A stretch of DNA of 64,000 bases from Eledone cirrhosa (Eukaryota): positions 309,566,001 to 309,630,000 of the forward strand of contig OZ024743.1 in the NCBI GenBank assembly GCA_964016885.1. Reading direction: 5' to 3'. The notes beneath the pieces were generated by a model, which worked only from the letters and a program-made list of their open reading frames with translations, was not told the origin of the DNA and searched no databases. This document shows positions 12,273-24,320 of this stretch, in pieces (within the stretch, counting starts at the first letter, position 1; each line of letters opens with the position of its first letter). A program made the position numbers and the translations under genes.

Positions 12273-14119
12273 ATTCACAGCAACATTTTAATATACGTGA
12301 TACCAATGCCACGACTACGTGATTGTGCCCCCGTTCAATTTTGAGGAAGGATGGGGTATTCCAAACATTTCCTTACAACTTACATTTCCCTACTCAATTA
12401 CGTCAATGTAGTTTTCCATGTCCCTTCGCCCCAACCCCACTGACTACAATTACTTCCATCTCAGCTATAAAGCAAGAATAATACTCGAAAAAGATAAGAC
12501 TTGATACCAAGAAAAAATAGATGTGGAATAGCGTGTGGATATTGTTTTAAGAAACTACTTGAAATTGCTATATGTCTAGAATAACAATCGAAAGAGAAAT
12601 ATGTTTATTCTTAGAGAAGAATATATACACAATAGCATGTGTGTATTATGTTAAAACAAAATACTTAAAATTTCGCACTTAGTCCACGGATCTCTAGTAC
12701 TACCTGCAGACACTACGGGTGTAGCACAATCTTTATTGAAGCCTGACAACGAATTAACCCAAGTAATATCAATACGATTATATTTTTCAACAGCTTGTTG
12801 TTTTAACGTATGCTCAGAGACTGTTAACAATATATACATAATAGAAAGGGGCATTATTGATATTTCGATATTTCCTATATGTATGACACCAATTGCGGTA
12901 AATGTAGCTCTTACATTGATTTTTGCTTATTATTATAGTAAGGTGGATAAGATTGTTATGGAAATAAGTAGAAATATTATAAGTATAATTATAAGTTATA
13001 TATAGTTCTGAATGTTGAATTCAGGCGATGTCTAGAAGAATTAAATAAATTCGTTCTTAGATTAATAGAGTTCTTACATTTAAGTATGAAAAAAATTTCC
13101 TCAACACTTGCTTTTAATATATTAATATCTCTAAATCATAATATCTATAACATTTGCTATAATTCCACTTCTTAAAGTTTCATAAAATATATACATATAT
13201 AATTCTAATTTTTTTAGAATTTTAATTTTAATTTTAATTGTAATTTTAATCTTAATAATTTTTAATTCTTTATTTTTATTTCTTTAATTTTTATTTCTTT
13301 TAAAAATTACTTATCTCTTATAAATTATTAAAAAAAAGACAGCCTGTCTGCAGTTTCCTCAATGGAAATAAGTAATTAACATTGTTGTTGTAATGGAATT
13401 CGATTAATTAATTTAACTAATAAATGGGAATTATAATGTAGATGAAGTTATGGGGGTGATTGAATCTCATGAAATCTAATTTAAAATTATTTGATATTAT
13501 GATTTTAATTCATTGAATTCAGATAGAATGGGTTATTCTCGATCTTCTTTTCAACCATACGACTTTAAATGTACCCAAACAAACAGTCAGAAAATCTACA
13601 GGCTAAAAGACGAAGTAATATCAGAAAGTTTTAATATAGCTCTGATCATCCATCATGCAAGTTCATCCAAATATATGTTCTAAGTTTCCAACGGATACGG
13701 AATACCAAGATATATAATCCTATAATATGTTTATTTTTCTTCGTCTGGTATTTTTTTAATTAATTATTCAGAGATAGAATGACAGCATTAGTGAACTTGG
13801 TAGACATGTCTGAAGTAATAAAATCGATACAGCTGATGATTTAAGCAGGCGACTGTAGGAGACGTTCTTGCAGTGATTACAGTTGTGCCTGGTGTGCTTA
13901 ATAGCAATATAGATGACAGGAGAAAATTCTTATTACAACGTAGAAAGAAAAAAAATCCTACATTCCCTTTTAGCATCAATATTGCTCGGCTCCATTGTGG
14001 GATGCTATACTATCAGCAATGGTTGAACCCCCAAATCACTCTGATATCCAGTCAATAGGGGTTTACCAAATGTGCATATATATATAATTTTTCCTAGCGC
14101 CCGATGCGAGGCCAGTTTT

Positions 14120-15197
14120 GGAACGACCACTCCACTATACATTGATGTACACGCTACCCCTGGAGGGAAATTAGCTAACCAGTGTAGAAAAGCCCTGAGA
14201 AAGACCCACTTAAAGATTAAGGTGGTAGAAAAGCCAGGAACCACCATAACATCCCTGATCAGCAAAACTTAGCCTTTTAAGAAAACCCATTGTACTAATA
14301 GGAACTGTATTATATGTAAAGTAAACCCCCGGATAAACTGTAAAACTAGAAACGTAGTCTATAGCATAAGATGTACAGAGGGTACTTCCGGAAACATGAC
14401 AACAACATACATAGGCGAGACAGCTCGTAGCATAGGTGAAAGGATAGACCAACACTGGGGGGAGGGGGGACTAAAAGGACGAAAAAACGGTTCAGTACTA
14501 TACGAACACGCCAGACAACAACACGACGGTAACATAGACAACATGGAAATTAAAATATCTAAACATAGAAATGACCCAGCAGATAGGCAAATCAGAGAGG
14601 CCAGCGAAATAGAACTTAGAAGGCCAAGGCTAAACAGAAAGAATGAATGGAATAACAACAACACCCAAACAAACAATACTGACCTAAGAGAAGTATAAAT
14701 AAATAAAGAAATAGATAAATAAATAAATAAATACATACACAAGCACAATAACAACAAACACATATAAACACACACTAATAAACTAAGATAGAATACAATA
14801 ACCAAAACACAGTCACCCAAACACGAACACACCTCAACCACTATACAGACACGTAAACGCATGCACCGAGAAGAAGACAAAAATAAATAAACAAATAAAT
14901 AAACGGATTAAATAAAGATGGTGTAGCCATACAATACAACAAAGGAAACATAATAGCACCACTGACGATGTTGCAGATGTGCAAAGAAAGAATTTTGTTA
15001 GACTATATATATGTGTTTGTGTCTATATTGTATCTGTATTTTTGACTGTTGGTCAGTCAATGGTGACATTGAGGACCGAGTAAATTAAATTAACCGATAT
15101 AAAAGATACAGAAGCGAAAACCAACCAAACAGTGAGTGTGTTCTATTATTAATTCTGGCAATATTATTACACAAATATGACCCTCCCCAAGTATATA
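14120..15197 (+). mobile_element. 5'-truncated Neptune-like PLE (linker + GIY-YIG + pLTR with hammerhead-like motif)
   Basis: One frame with a single stop (14270-14272): ATPGGKLAN...KVVEKPG..*PFKKTHCTNRNCIIC..NCKTRNVVYSIRC..YIGETARSIGERIDQH..RQIREA..LNRKNEW; CTGACGA-ttgca/tgcaa-GAAA at 14962-14989; ends at ATGACCCTCCCCAAGTAT. Confidence 0.85.
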
Positions 15198-15342
15198 AAT
15201 ATATAAATTATATTAATATCATTCATATACTCCAGAAAATCTGTCGAGTGCTTCGATCAGTTATAAATATATATATTTGTTGAATTATCAACAAATTTAA
15301 TATCCCTTTGCTTATATATATGTATATATATATATATTTATA

Positions 15343-15410
<68 letters not shown>

Positions 15411-15653
15411 TAGGTTATTATGCGAGTAACTTGAATGGGACCACTCATGTAAACTCGCATATCTGAAGAACTGTCAATCAAGTGTCGGGATCCGATCGTA
15501 TGATCAAACCCGAACTGACCGGTATCGAAGCAATTGTAAATTGCAATAAAGTTTCATAACAAGCTTCAAATCTGACTTTTCTTTCATACTCTCTCTCTCT
15601 CTCTCAATTTCTGGATATATATAAGTTTACAAAAAGCTGCAATTCTTATTGTC

Positions 15654-15725
<72 letters not shown>

Positions 15726-15865
15726 AAAAGAGTCTGGACCCCGACGGCTGAGCTCCTGACTCTTTTCCTATTACCCACTTTACTACCCTAAGTATCGAGT
15801 ACTCTGGTGCGTTATCGTCCACTTGGTTTCTTACTACACTTTCTTTGTGATATATGTATATATAT

Positions 15866-15964
15866 ACAGTCAAGTTTGCAATTTTCAAGTGTGAAAATTG
15901 CAAACTTGACTGTCACCACACATTATGAACCTGAAGATTGCGAAAGCATGAAAGTACTTATTCA
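15866..15964 (+). ncRNA. Perfect 22-bp fold-back followed by a minimal hammerhead (PLE pLTR remnant)
   Basis: acagtcaagtttgcaattttca-agtg-tgaaaattgcaaacttgactgt, then tgaac-CTGAAGA-ttgc-gaaa-gcat-GAAA-gtac-TT-attca. Confidence 0.6.
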
Positions 15965-16342
15965 ATTTACACTTAACATTTAATATTCTACCATACTATT
16001 TCATTCTAATACCATTATAAATTTTAAAGGATTGTAAATAAAACGAGTAAATCAGACAAAGTTGGAATTCCTTTTATTAATATAATCTTCTATACACAAT
16101 CATACACACCCGTGTATATCTATCTATCTATCTATCTATCTTGATAGAGTAAGACACGCTTCGCATCGGCTCCGCTATTCCATCGGGATTTACCCTTACT
16201 ATTGTAAGTACCGGATAAATTTTTTAGTGCAACACATTTGGAACACTAACCCCTGTTATTTAGGGAAACATTTTTGCATTTACCCCTTTTTAGGGGGTAA
16301 AATAAATATCTATTTTTGCCGAAAAATTTCTTTCTTGGCAGC

Positions 16343-18175
16343 ATGGCGGAAAAGATGGCAGACATGTCTGCCATTAGCTCTGCCACGCCCCCCAAGTCTG
16401 AAGAACAAAAAATAATTACAACAAAATTAGACATTGAAACAAACAAACAAAATGAAAAAACAAATGTTAAGGAAAATGAGCAAACAGAAAACAAACAAAC
16501 AGAAAATAATACAAATAACGACAGGGCAACTTTCGCCCAGAAAACAAAACAATCCATTACATACACACCAATTGACCTAACTGCCGCCAGAGAAAAACTG
16601 GCCGAAGCAAAGAAACACATTGTTTTGGGGGAGAACGGAATGTTTTCCATTAACTCCCCCCCAGAATTCAAGAAAGCCAGAGCAGAAAACACAGTTCTCT
16701 ACAGAACTATACTGAACCAGACAAGAAAGCCAGCACAGCCCAGCCAAATGGAAATAGAGTTAGTCCTAAAAGACTATATGAAGAATATTCTCTTCATACG
16801 AAAGGACCGACTCTATGGCAGCATTTCGGTCCTAACAAGAGACAAAGAAACGGCGGAGAAGCTTTCCCTAAGCCCACTCTCGTCGACAACATATAGCTTC
16901 TATCCCTCCTACATGGGTAGAAGAACACAGAGAGTAAAAGTAAAAACAATGCTGCCCACAATGGACTTCTGGTGGGCTATTGCTGGCTTCATTGATATGG
17001 GCGAAGACACAATGCTGTCAATGGGGAAGGCAACTGGAGATGCGTTCCTGGGAATGGGCCTCGACATACTAGTCCAAATGAGGCCCGAAAGAATAGCACA
17101 AATCCCGGATCGCATCTGGCTGGATGACCTTACCCCAATAGACATAATTGTAGAGGGGAGAAGACCAGCATGCTATTTATGCATGGAAAGGGGACACGTT
17201 AAGGCTAACTGCCCGAAACGTATCCCCCCAAAAGGACTATTGCCCACACCCACCACAAACAGTACACCAACACCACCCACCTCCAAAAATACACTAATAC
17301 CACACACAGCAAACAAAATACAGACACCACCAACCACAAACACAACACAAACATCACCACCACCAGCACCAAACACAAGCACGACACAAAAATCACCACC
17401 ACCAACCACAACACAAACATCACCACCACCATCACCAACCACAAGCACGACACAAACATTACCACCACCACCACAAAACCCATTCCAAACAAATAATAAA
17501 AAAAACAGTAACAAATCTACCCCTCCCGCAAAAAAAAAACAACCACACAACACGTCCCTCCCACCTAGCGCTGAAGAGTTTCCCCCAACTTCTGAAGAAG
17601 AAGGAGGAGAAGCCTTCAGACAAGTTAAAAGAAAAAAAAGAAAACACACACCCAGCACACCACAAATAACCCACACACAAACACCAACTCCAATCAAAAA
17701 CACCCCACCCTCAACAAACAAAAATAAATCTGCGCCTCCCCTCTCCGAAACATTGACAGCATCACAAAAAAAGACGTTGCAATACACATATATAAATAAA
17801 GAAAACAAAAATCTGGTTAAATTAATAAACAATAACCCTATGGTGCAGACCGAAGGGCCAAACTTTATCTCAACAGAGAACTTCACCCATTTAAAAATGA
17901 TAAAGGTCCCTCTGGACCTTTATCGTTCCTTAAAAGAACAATTTAGACTGGACGTGAGCCCCCCCTGTTTAAAACCGTTGAATCGCGTCCTCTTGAAAGA
18001 TTTCCCCATAACCGCCCCTCTCCCTGACACAACTCCAAATACCCCAACCCCACCACACACGTGTACCCCCACACCACCACAAAACATCCCTCCACCCAAC
18101 ACACCTGATGCCATGGAAATTACGCAACCCGGAGAGGTAAGTGCTTTTCTTTCTTCACTTTCAACACCAAAATAG
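16343..18175 (+). CDS. Tx1 ORF1 (gag-like, CCHC zinc knuckle, Pro/Thr-rich)
   Basis: Open frame from ATG 16343; CYLCMERGHVKANC preceded by IIVEGRRPA. Confidence 0.85.
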   Translation: MAEKMADMSAISSATPPKSEEQKIITTKLDIETNKQNEKTNVKENEQTENKQTENNTNNDRATFAQKTKQSITYTPIDLTAAREKLAEAKKHIVLGENGMFSINSPPEFKKARAENTVLYRTILNQTRKPAQPSQMEIELVLKDYMKNILFIRKDRLYGSISVLTRDKETAEKLSLSPLSSTTYSFYPSYMGRRTQRVKVKTMLPTMDFWWAIAGFIDMGEDTMLSMGKATGDAFLGMGLDILVQMRPERIAQIPDRIWLDDLTPIDIIVEGRRPACYLCMERGHVKANCPKRIPPKGLLPTPTTNSTPTPPTSKNTLIPHTANKIQTPPTTNTTQTSPPPAPNTSTTQKSPPPTTTQTSPPPSPTTSTTQTLPPPPQNPFQTNNKKNSNKSTPPAKKKQPHNTSLPPSAEEFPPTSEEEGGEAFRQVKRKKRKHTPSTPQITHTQTPTPIKNTPPSTNKNKSAPPLSETLTASQKKTLQYTYINKENKNLVKLINNNPMVQTEGPNFISTENFTHLKMIKVPLDLYRSLKEQFRLDVSPPCLKPLNRVLLKDFPITAPLPDTTPNTPTPPHTCTPTPPQNIPPPNTPDAMEITQPGEVSAFLSSLSTPK

Positions 18176-21100
18176 ATCAATTGAGAGTTGGCTGTTTGAA
18201 CGCGCGTGGCCTGGGCTCAGCTTGGAAGCAAGCAAAGCTTCTAAGTGACCTCAGGTCACAAAGTATAGATGTGATGGTTGTTTGCGAGAGTCGGATCAGC
18301 AGCGTGAGACAGCTGGCGCCCGCCTTCGATGACTTTGAGATGCACGCATCTCTCTGTCAACCCGGAGGCGGGGGGGGGGGGGAGTTGCCGTACTGCTGGA
18401 TAAACGTCTGACTCTCGACGTACAGATTATTCACTCGGACCCGGGGGGTCGATTACTGGTGCTGGACGTCGGAGGCGGTGAAGGCGGGGCTTTCAGACTG
18501 GTCGGTCTTTATGCTCCCTTCGGGGCGGAAAGAGCCGACTTCTTCCAGCGTCTGGAGACTTTTCTAGGAACGTCGCGTTCCCTGCTTTTAGTGGGGGACT
18601 GGAATGGAATCCTAGATGCGCGTTGGGACTATGCAGGGGCATGTCCCGATAGAGGGGGGTGTAGCAGCCTCAAGGGGTTACTCGATCGATTCGACCTGGT
18701 CGATAGATTTCGACTAGATTGTCCAACTGCGCCAACCTGGACCTGGGCAAACCGCAGTGGACAATCTAGATCGTACCTAAATAGGTTTTTGGTTAGGAGT
18801 AAGGATAGGGACGTATTTAGTTGTCCAGAACTGATCATGGTTGGCTATTCAGATCACAAATTAGTGACCTGCGTGGTCAACCTTGATAGAACGCATAGAC
18901 AGGGTCCCGGTTACTGGAAGATGAACTTGTCCTTACCGACAAAGAAAGATTACAGAAACCGGATTAGTAGCTTAGTTAAGATGCGGTTGACGGGAGCGAT
19001 CGTCAACAGTAGGTGGTGGATATCTCTAAAGAGAGAGATTAGAGTAAGTTCGATAGGTTACAGTAAGGAACTAGCGGCGAATAGAAATAGGAGGGAAAGG
19101 GAGTTAACAGATAAACTAGAAGAGGCGATTAGGAGCGGAGACGTAGCCAGAGTGTTAGCGACGAGAACGGCATTGAGCCAGTTCTTTGACGCGAAGCACG
19201 ATGGCTGCGTTGTCCGAAGTAAAATACGTGCTTTAGGAAACGAGGGGACCAAAGCTGTTAGCTGGGCCCGCGTGACAGAAGCCAAGAGTGGGATTAAATC
19301 CACCATTCGGTCTTTGCGAGACCAGGATGGACGGGTGATCCTTGAACCTGAGCGAATGTGCGAGACCTTTCAAAGGCACTTTGCTCGACTGTTCGGAGGT
19401 GGCGGGGGGCCGGACGGGGATGTGGACTTCGGTCCATACCTCGACGGTCTACCGCGTCTTTCGAGCGGCGAAGCGGAATTGCTGCGAAAGGCCAATCACA
19501 GCCACTGAAATCGGGGAAGCGCTCAGCCAATGCAGCAGACGCAAATCCCCGGGTCTCGATGGTCTACCATACGAACTTTATTTAGCTATGCCGGTCTTGT
19601 TCTCCGAACTCCTCGAGGCTGTCTATTGCAACTGGCAACAGAACGGGAGAATTCCCTGTTCTGTGACCAAGGGCGTGGTCACGCTAGTGAGGAAGGACGA
19701 GAGCAAGGGGGACGACTTAAGTAACTTTAGGCCCATAACTCTGCTGAATGCAGAGTTACAGATTTTGGCCAAGGTGTTGGCGAAGAGGTTGGCGCTTGTG
19801 GTGGGTGGTTTGGTGGGAGACGCGCAGACATGCGCTATCCCGTCCAGGTTCATTCACGACAACCTCCACCTCATGCGATACATCATAGAGAGGGTTGGCT
19901 ACGAACCCGGCTTTGGTGGGGCCCTGATCAACTTGGATCAATCTAAGGCGTTCGATAGGGTCGACCATGGTTACCTGGATGCGGTGCTAGCGGCGGCGGG
20001 CTTCGGACCCGTTTTCAGGGGCTGGATTTCTGCCATGCACAGTGGCAACATCTACTCTAGGATTAAAGTAAACGGCTACCTCTCGGAGCCGTTTCAAATC
20101 ACCCGATCCATCAGACAGGGGTGCCCCCTCTCCTCCCTTCTGTACGTATTGACTCTCGAGCCACTGCTGCGGAAGTTGGAGTTGCTGCGGGGCATACCCC
20201 TGGAACCGGGATTGCACAAAGCGGTCTCGGCCTATGCCGACGACGTAACAGTAATGGTGGCGGACGCCTCGGAAATCGGGGCGATCGCCACCCTACTGGA
20301 GGAATACGAAAGGCTGACGGGGGCTAAGCTGAACCAGGACAAGTCAGTCGGTTTGCAACTCGGAACGTGGAGGGGCAAACCGATGCCGTTAGACGGTGTC
20401 GTCGGGCGGTGGACGGAGGGCCCGGTGAAGCTGCTCGGGGTCTGGTTCGGACCGGACCTCCAGGTGGAGAAGAATTGGGGCGAGGTGACGAGCAGGGTGT
20501 TTGCGCTGACCCAGTAGTGGGCCAAGTGCAAACTATCACTGAAAGGTCGGGCGGAGGTGACGAACGCTTACATAGCGTCCGTCATCTACTACCGCCTGAC
20601 CGTCGTGCCTTGCCCCAAGGAAAAGCTCACCATCATGGAACGCATGCTCTTCCAGTTCCTCTGGAAGAAGCGGCCTCCCATGGTGAGGAGATCCATCTGC
20701 TGCCAGCACCCTTCGAAAGGAGGGCTGGGTATGCCGTGGCTGTTGATGCGTAGGCACGCATTGAGGCTACGGCATCTACAGGTATTCCTCAACGGTCAGC
20801 CGGTGTGGGCCCCGTTTGTGAGGCGAGCCTTCCCACAGCTCGTCTCGCTCACCGAACTGCAATCCTGGGTGAAGCAAAGACCGAGAAAACTGGGCAACTG
20901 GCACACCGAGTGTGCCCAGGCGCTCACGGCTATCTGGCAAGCGGACCCGACTGTCAGTGGAGAATCCACCTCGACATTCTATAGAGGGTTGGTGGCTAGC
21001 AGGGGCGACGACACCCTTGGAGAGTCGCTAGGCATGGAGGAGGACGAACTGGCCAGCCTGTTCGGTAGAACTTTCGGCCCGGGACCCATGGACAACTTCC

Positions 21101-21615
21101 AGAGGTCCCTAGCCTGGCAGTGTTACCGGGGGGCTCTGCCCGTTCGAGAAAAGCTCTACAGACACGGGCGCCCGGGCAGGGATCCCGCGAAAAAGATCTG
21201 TCCCAGATGCGTGGGCGACGAGGAAACCGTTGCGCATGCACTGGTACACTGCCCGGGCGTTGCCGATCTGTGGGGCTACGTCGAACGACTGCTGTCGCGT
21301 GTGGCGCCGATTCGATTAACCGCCGAGTCTGTGGTGAACATCAAGCCGCCTCCTCCCTTCAGAAATGAAGCAGAGGCGGTCTTTCTGTGCGTAATAGCCA
21401 TGATGAAAGAGGTTGTGTGGTGGACGCGCCTGAAAGGTCTGAGGTCGGGTGACTTTCTCTCCGGCCATCACCTGGTTTACTTCTTCCCATACCACTTCGG
21501 AAGAAGAATCAGGATGGAGAGAGAAGTGCTTGGTCCCAGACAGTTTTATGAAAGGTGGGTGAAAGAAGCGAGAATGGCCCGTGTAAATGGGCCTTCTCTC
21601 TACATTGTTCTGTAG
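18172..21615 (+). pseudogene. Tx1 ORF2 (APE endonuclease, RT, C-terminal Cys/His domain), disrupted
   Basis: CLNARGL, VCES, GDWN, SYLNRF, YSDHK, SPGLDGLP, FRPITLLN, LDQSKAFDRVDH, IRQGCPLS, AYADD, GGLGMP, CPRC..EETVAHALVHC; frameshift at poly-G ~18370-18382, frameshift ~19480, TAG at 20515-20517. Confidence 0.88.
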
Positions 21616-21881
21616 GTGAAGAAGTGAAGAGGAAAGGGGGAGCGCCTCCTCTCTGGGCTTCCCCCGCGAAAAGAGTTGCACACTTTTCGGGGGTATGTGC
21701 AATCCCCAACACGCCCCCTCCCTTTTGAGGACTTTTTATTGTTATATTATTATTGTTATTCCTTTTTTCTTTACTCGATTTATGTAAACTCCCCCACTGT
21801 GTAAATGTCCCCTTCTTTTGTGCCCTCGTGGCAAATAAATAGAAATTTATCTATCTATCTATATATCTATCTATCTATCTA

Positions 21882-21953
<72 letters not shown>

Positions 21954-22629
21954 GGTGTGTGTATACATACATAAGAACCTATCGATATCTCGCCACTTAG
22001 ACTGACAGTATGTGTACGATCATACCTGATTTATGTCTGTAAACAATCTATGTTGAAATCTATGCACTTAATTATTTGAAGCCTTATAATATGACACTCT
22101 TATCCATGATTTATATGATGATTTATATGGTTGCATATTCCGGCAATAAATAGAGTCGTTAGAATGTTGGATATAAAACTTTGTATTTCTGTTGTTGCTC
22201 TCCGCGTTCAGATTTCAAATCTTACTGAGGTCAACTTTGCTTGTTATAGGTCGATAAATAATGTACCAGTGCAGTAGTGGGTATCATTCTTCTAAAATAT
22301 GTCACCGTTTCTCTGTTTCTTCCTCTCTATCTCTATCCTCTTCTCATTCTCTATCCTCTTCTCTCCTTATCCCTCACTACCCCCCCCCCCCCCATATCTC
22401 ACTCAGTCAAAAACATTTTCGTTTGGAAGAAATTGGTTGTGATTAGACCTGGAGAATGATTGGCAGGCACCGTCAGGTTTGAATTCCCAAGACGTATATC
22501 TTGACAGCGTCCCTACCACTCCAATATTGAAGTACCCATGCATACATATTCCTACATCTAAATTAGCCAGTTTATGGCATTCTTATCTATAATCAAAATA
22601 GGTGAAAAACGTACATTATTTTGAATATA

Positions 22630-22820
22630 GGCGGTGGATTGGCAGTATCGGTAGAAGGTCGGACGCCATGCTTTGCAGCATAGTGTTACGGCCCTTTACG
22701 ATCTGAATTAAAATCCCACCGAGTTTAACCTTGCCTTTCATCCTTACGAAGTCGATAAAATAAAGTACCAGTACTGCAATAGGATAATTGCTGGCCTTGT
22801 GCCAAAAGAAGAAACAATTA
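22630..22820 (+). mobile_element. SINE copy
   Basis: Matches the SINE consensus. Confidence 0.8.
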
Positions 22821-22868
22821 TTTTGAACATATTTTAAAAGCTAATATATGATATAATGTATTTTTTAG

Positions 22869-22971
22869 GTAGCATCTGTTGTTGGTCAAGCGGACATGTT
22901 GTATACAATGTTCTGTTTGTTCGGTTTCCTCATATATCATTATGGCTTAATGAGAAGCAAGAACAACAAAG
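22869..22971 (+). CDS. TMTC4: Internal exon of a TMTC-family protein O-mannosyltransferase (TMTC4-like)
   Basis: ttttttag|...|gtaag; encodes VASVVGQADMLYTMFCLFGFLIYHYGLMRSKNNK (compare TMTC VAGVVGRADLL..LFFLL.FL.Y); phase 0 to phase 1. Paralogue assignment is tentative. Confidence 0.7.
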
Positions 22972-23384
22972 GTAAGATATCTAGGTATTATTCTCAGTAC
23001 ATGTGTTTCACTCCCAAACATTGATAGTTACACAGATATGAAAAAGAAAGATAAAACAAAATTAAGAAATGAATAAAAGAGGTAAGGGAGCTATATTATA
23101 CAGGTGCAAATATAAATCAACTGATCACAAAATTATTTAACTTTTGGAAAATAACTGAAACAAACAATGAAAAAATATATTTATATTAAATATGTTATCC
23201 TTTAATTAATTTTAAATTGTTAAGAAATTTGTTTTACAGTTATGTTGTTTTGAATTGTCTTCTTCTCGGTAATTACCCAATATTCATGATCATAGTTAGG
23301 GGTTGACACGAATACCGAATTGAAGATAGCGAGTTTGTATTTTATACCACCTACCACTTAGTTCCACTGAAGCAGGTGGATAAG

Positions 23385-23462
23385 TTCAAGTATTTCAGAG
23401 CTGTGTTCAAGAGTGATGGAAGGCAGGAGGCTGAATTGTAAGAGCTCGAATAGACATGCACC
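23385..23462 (+). mobile_element. Short degenerate LINE RT fragment
   Basis: Encodes LKQVDKFKYFRAVFKSDGRQEAEL, similar to the LEQVxxFKYLG motif. Confidence 0.45.
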
Positions 23463-23769
23463 AAGCTAGGCCTAATTCCAAATTGGTAAAAGGAAGAACG
23501 TTTTTGAAGAGGGGTTTAGGGCCAATCTGTCTTCCGGTCAACACAACCAACAGGCTAGTGAGTGGATTTTAGGAGCCCACTCAGGTGGTTAGAGTTCCGT
23601 CATAGAAATAACGTTTTCAGTTCCTTCTAACAACCTCAGAGATATGATAAATGTTAAATATACTGTCTTTCATCCTCTAACTGCACCATAGAGTGAAAGA
23701 AACATAACATTTAATTACTAATTTATATTTAAAAAAACCCACTTATTTAGCATATAACAGTGGTTTTTG

Positions 23770-24320
23770 GTTTAGGCATGAGGTCAATAGTCTTTGAGGG
23801 AGGTGAAAGTCGAATAAAATCACCCTTATGCATTACTGACACTTTATTTTATCGACCCCGTAAGGAGTAGAGGCGTAACTATCAACGACAGGATTTGAAC
23901 TTAGAAAGTAAAGGGATGTAATTATATACCGCAAATCATGTCCGTCGCTCTACCAATACTGTGTATTTTATTATTATCATATTTAGCATAAACTAATAGT
24001 GGGTAAAATATATTTTCAAAGAATTTATCAAGTATATTCCTGAAATGGTAAGCAATGTCAAATAGCATACATTCTGTCCGACACTTACTTTCTGCTTTAT
24101 AGATTTATTGTTATTTAAACAGGCTTCTTATAGATATAATATAATTGTTTCTACTTTAGGCACAAGGCCAGCAATTACCCAGTGCATTACTGGTACTTTA
24201 TTTTATCGACCCCGTAAGGATGAAAGGCAAAGTCAACCTCGGCGGGATTTGAACTCAGATCGTAAAGGGACGTAACTATGCTGGAAAGCATGGCGTCCGA
24301 CTCTCTACCGATACTGCCAA
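23770..24320 (-). mobile_element. Two SINE copies (~23770-23960 diverged; ~24140-24320 young)
   Basis: Reverse complement of the SINE consensus. Confidence 0.75.

Larger units (their letters stand above)
16141..21848 (+). mobile_element. Full-length Tx1/L1-clade non-LTR retrotransposon inserted in (TATC)n
   Basis: ORF1 with zinc knuckle and ORF2 with APE-RT-Cys domain; (TATC)n immediately 5' (16116-16140) and 3' (from ~21848); AATAAA near the 3' end. Confidence 0.9.

Noticed and set aside
12736-13005. Hydrophobic 89-aa ORF as an upstream TMTC exon
   Set aside because: Lacks the expected LFAVHPxHTE motif; AT-rich composition explains the hydrophobicity
18137-18175. 39-nt intron fusing Tx1 ORF1 to ORF2
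   Set aside because: Splicing gives GAG-ATC-AAT-TGA, which is out of frame with ORF2
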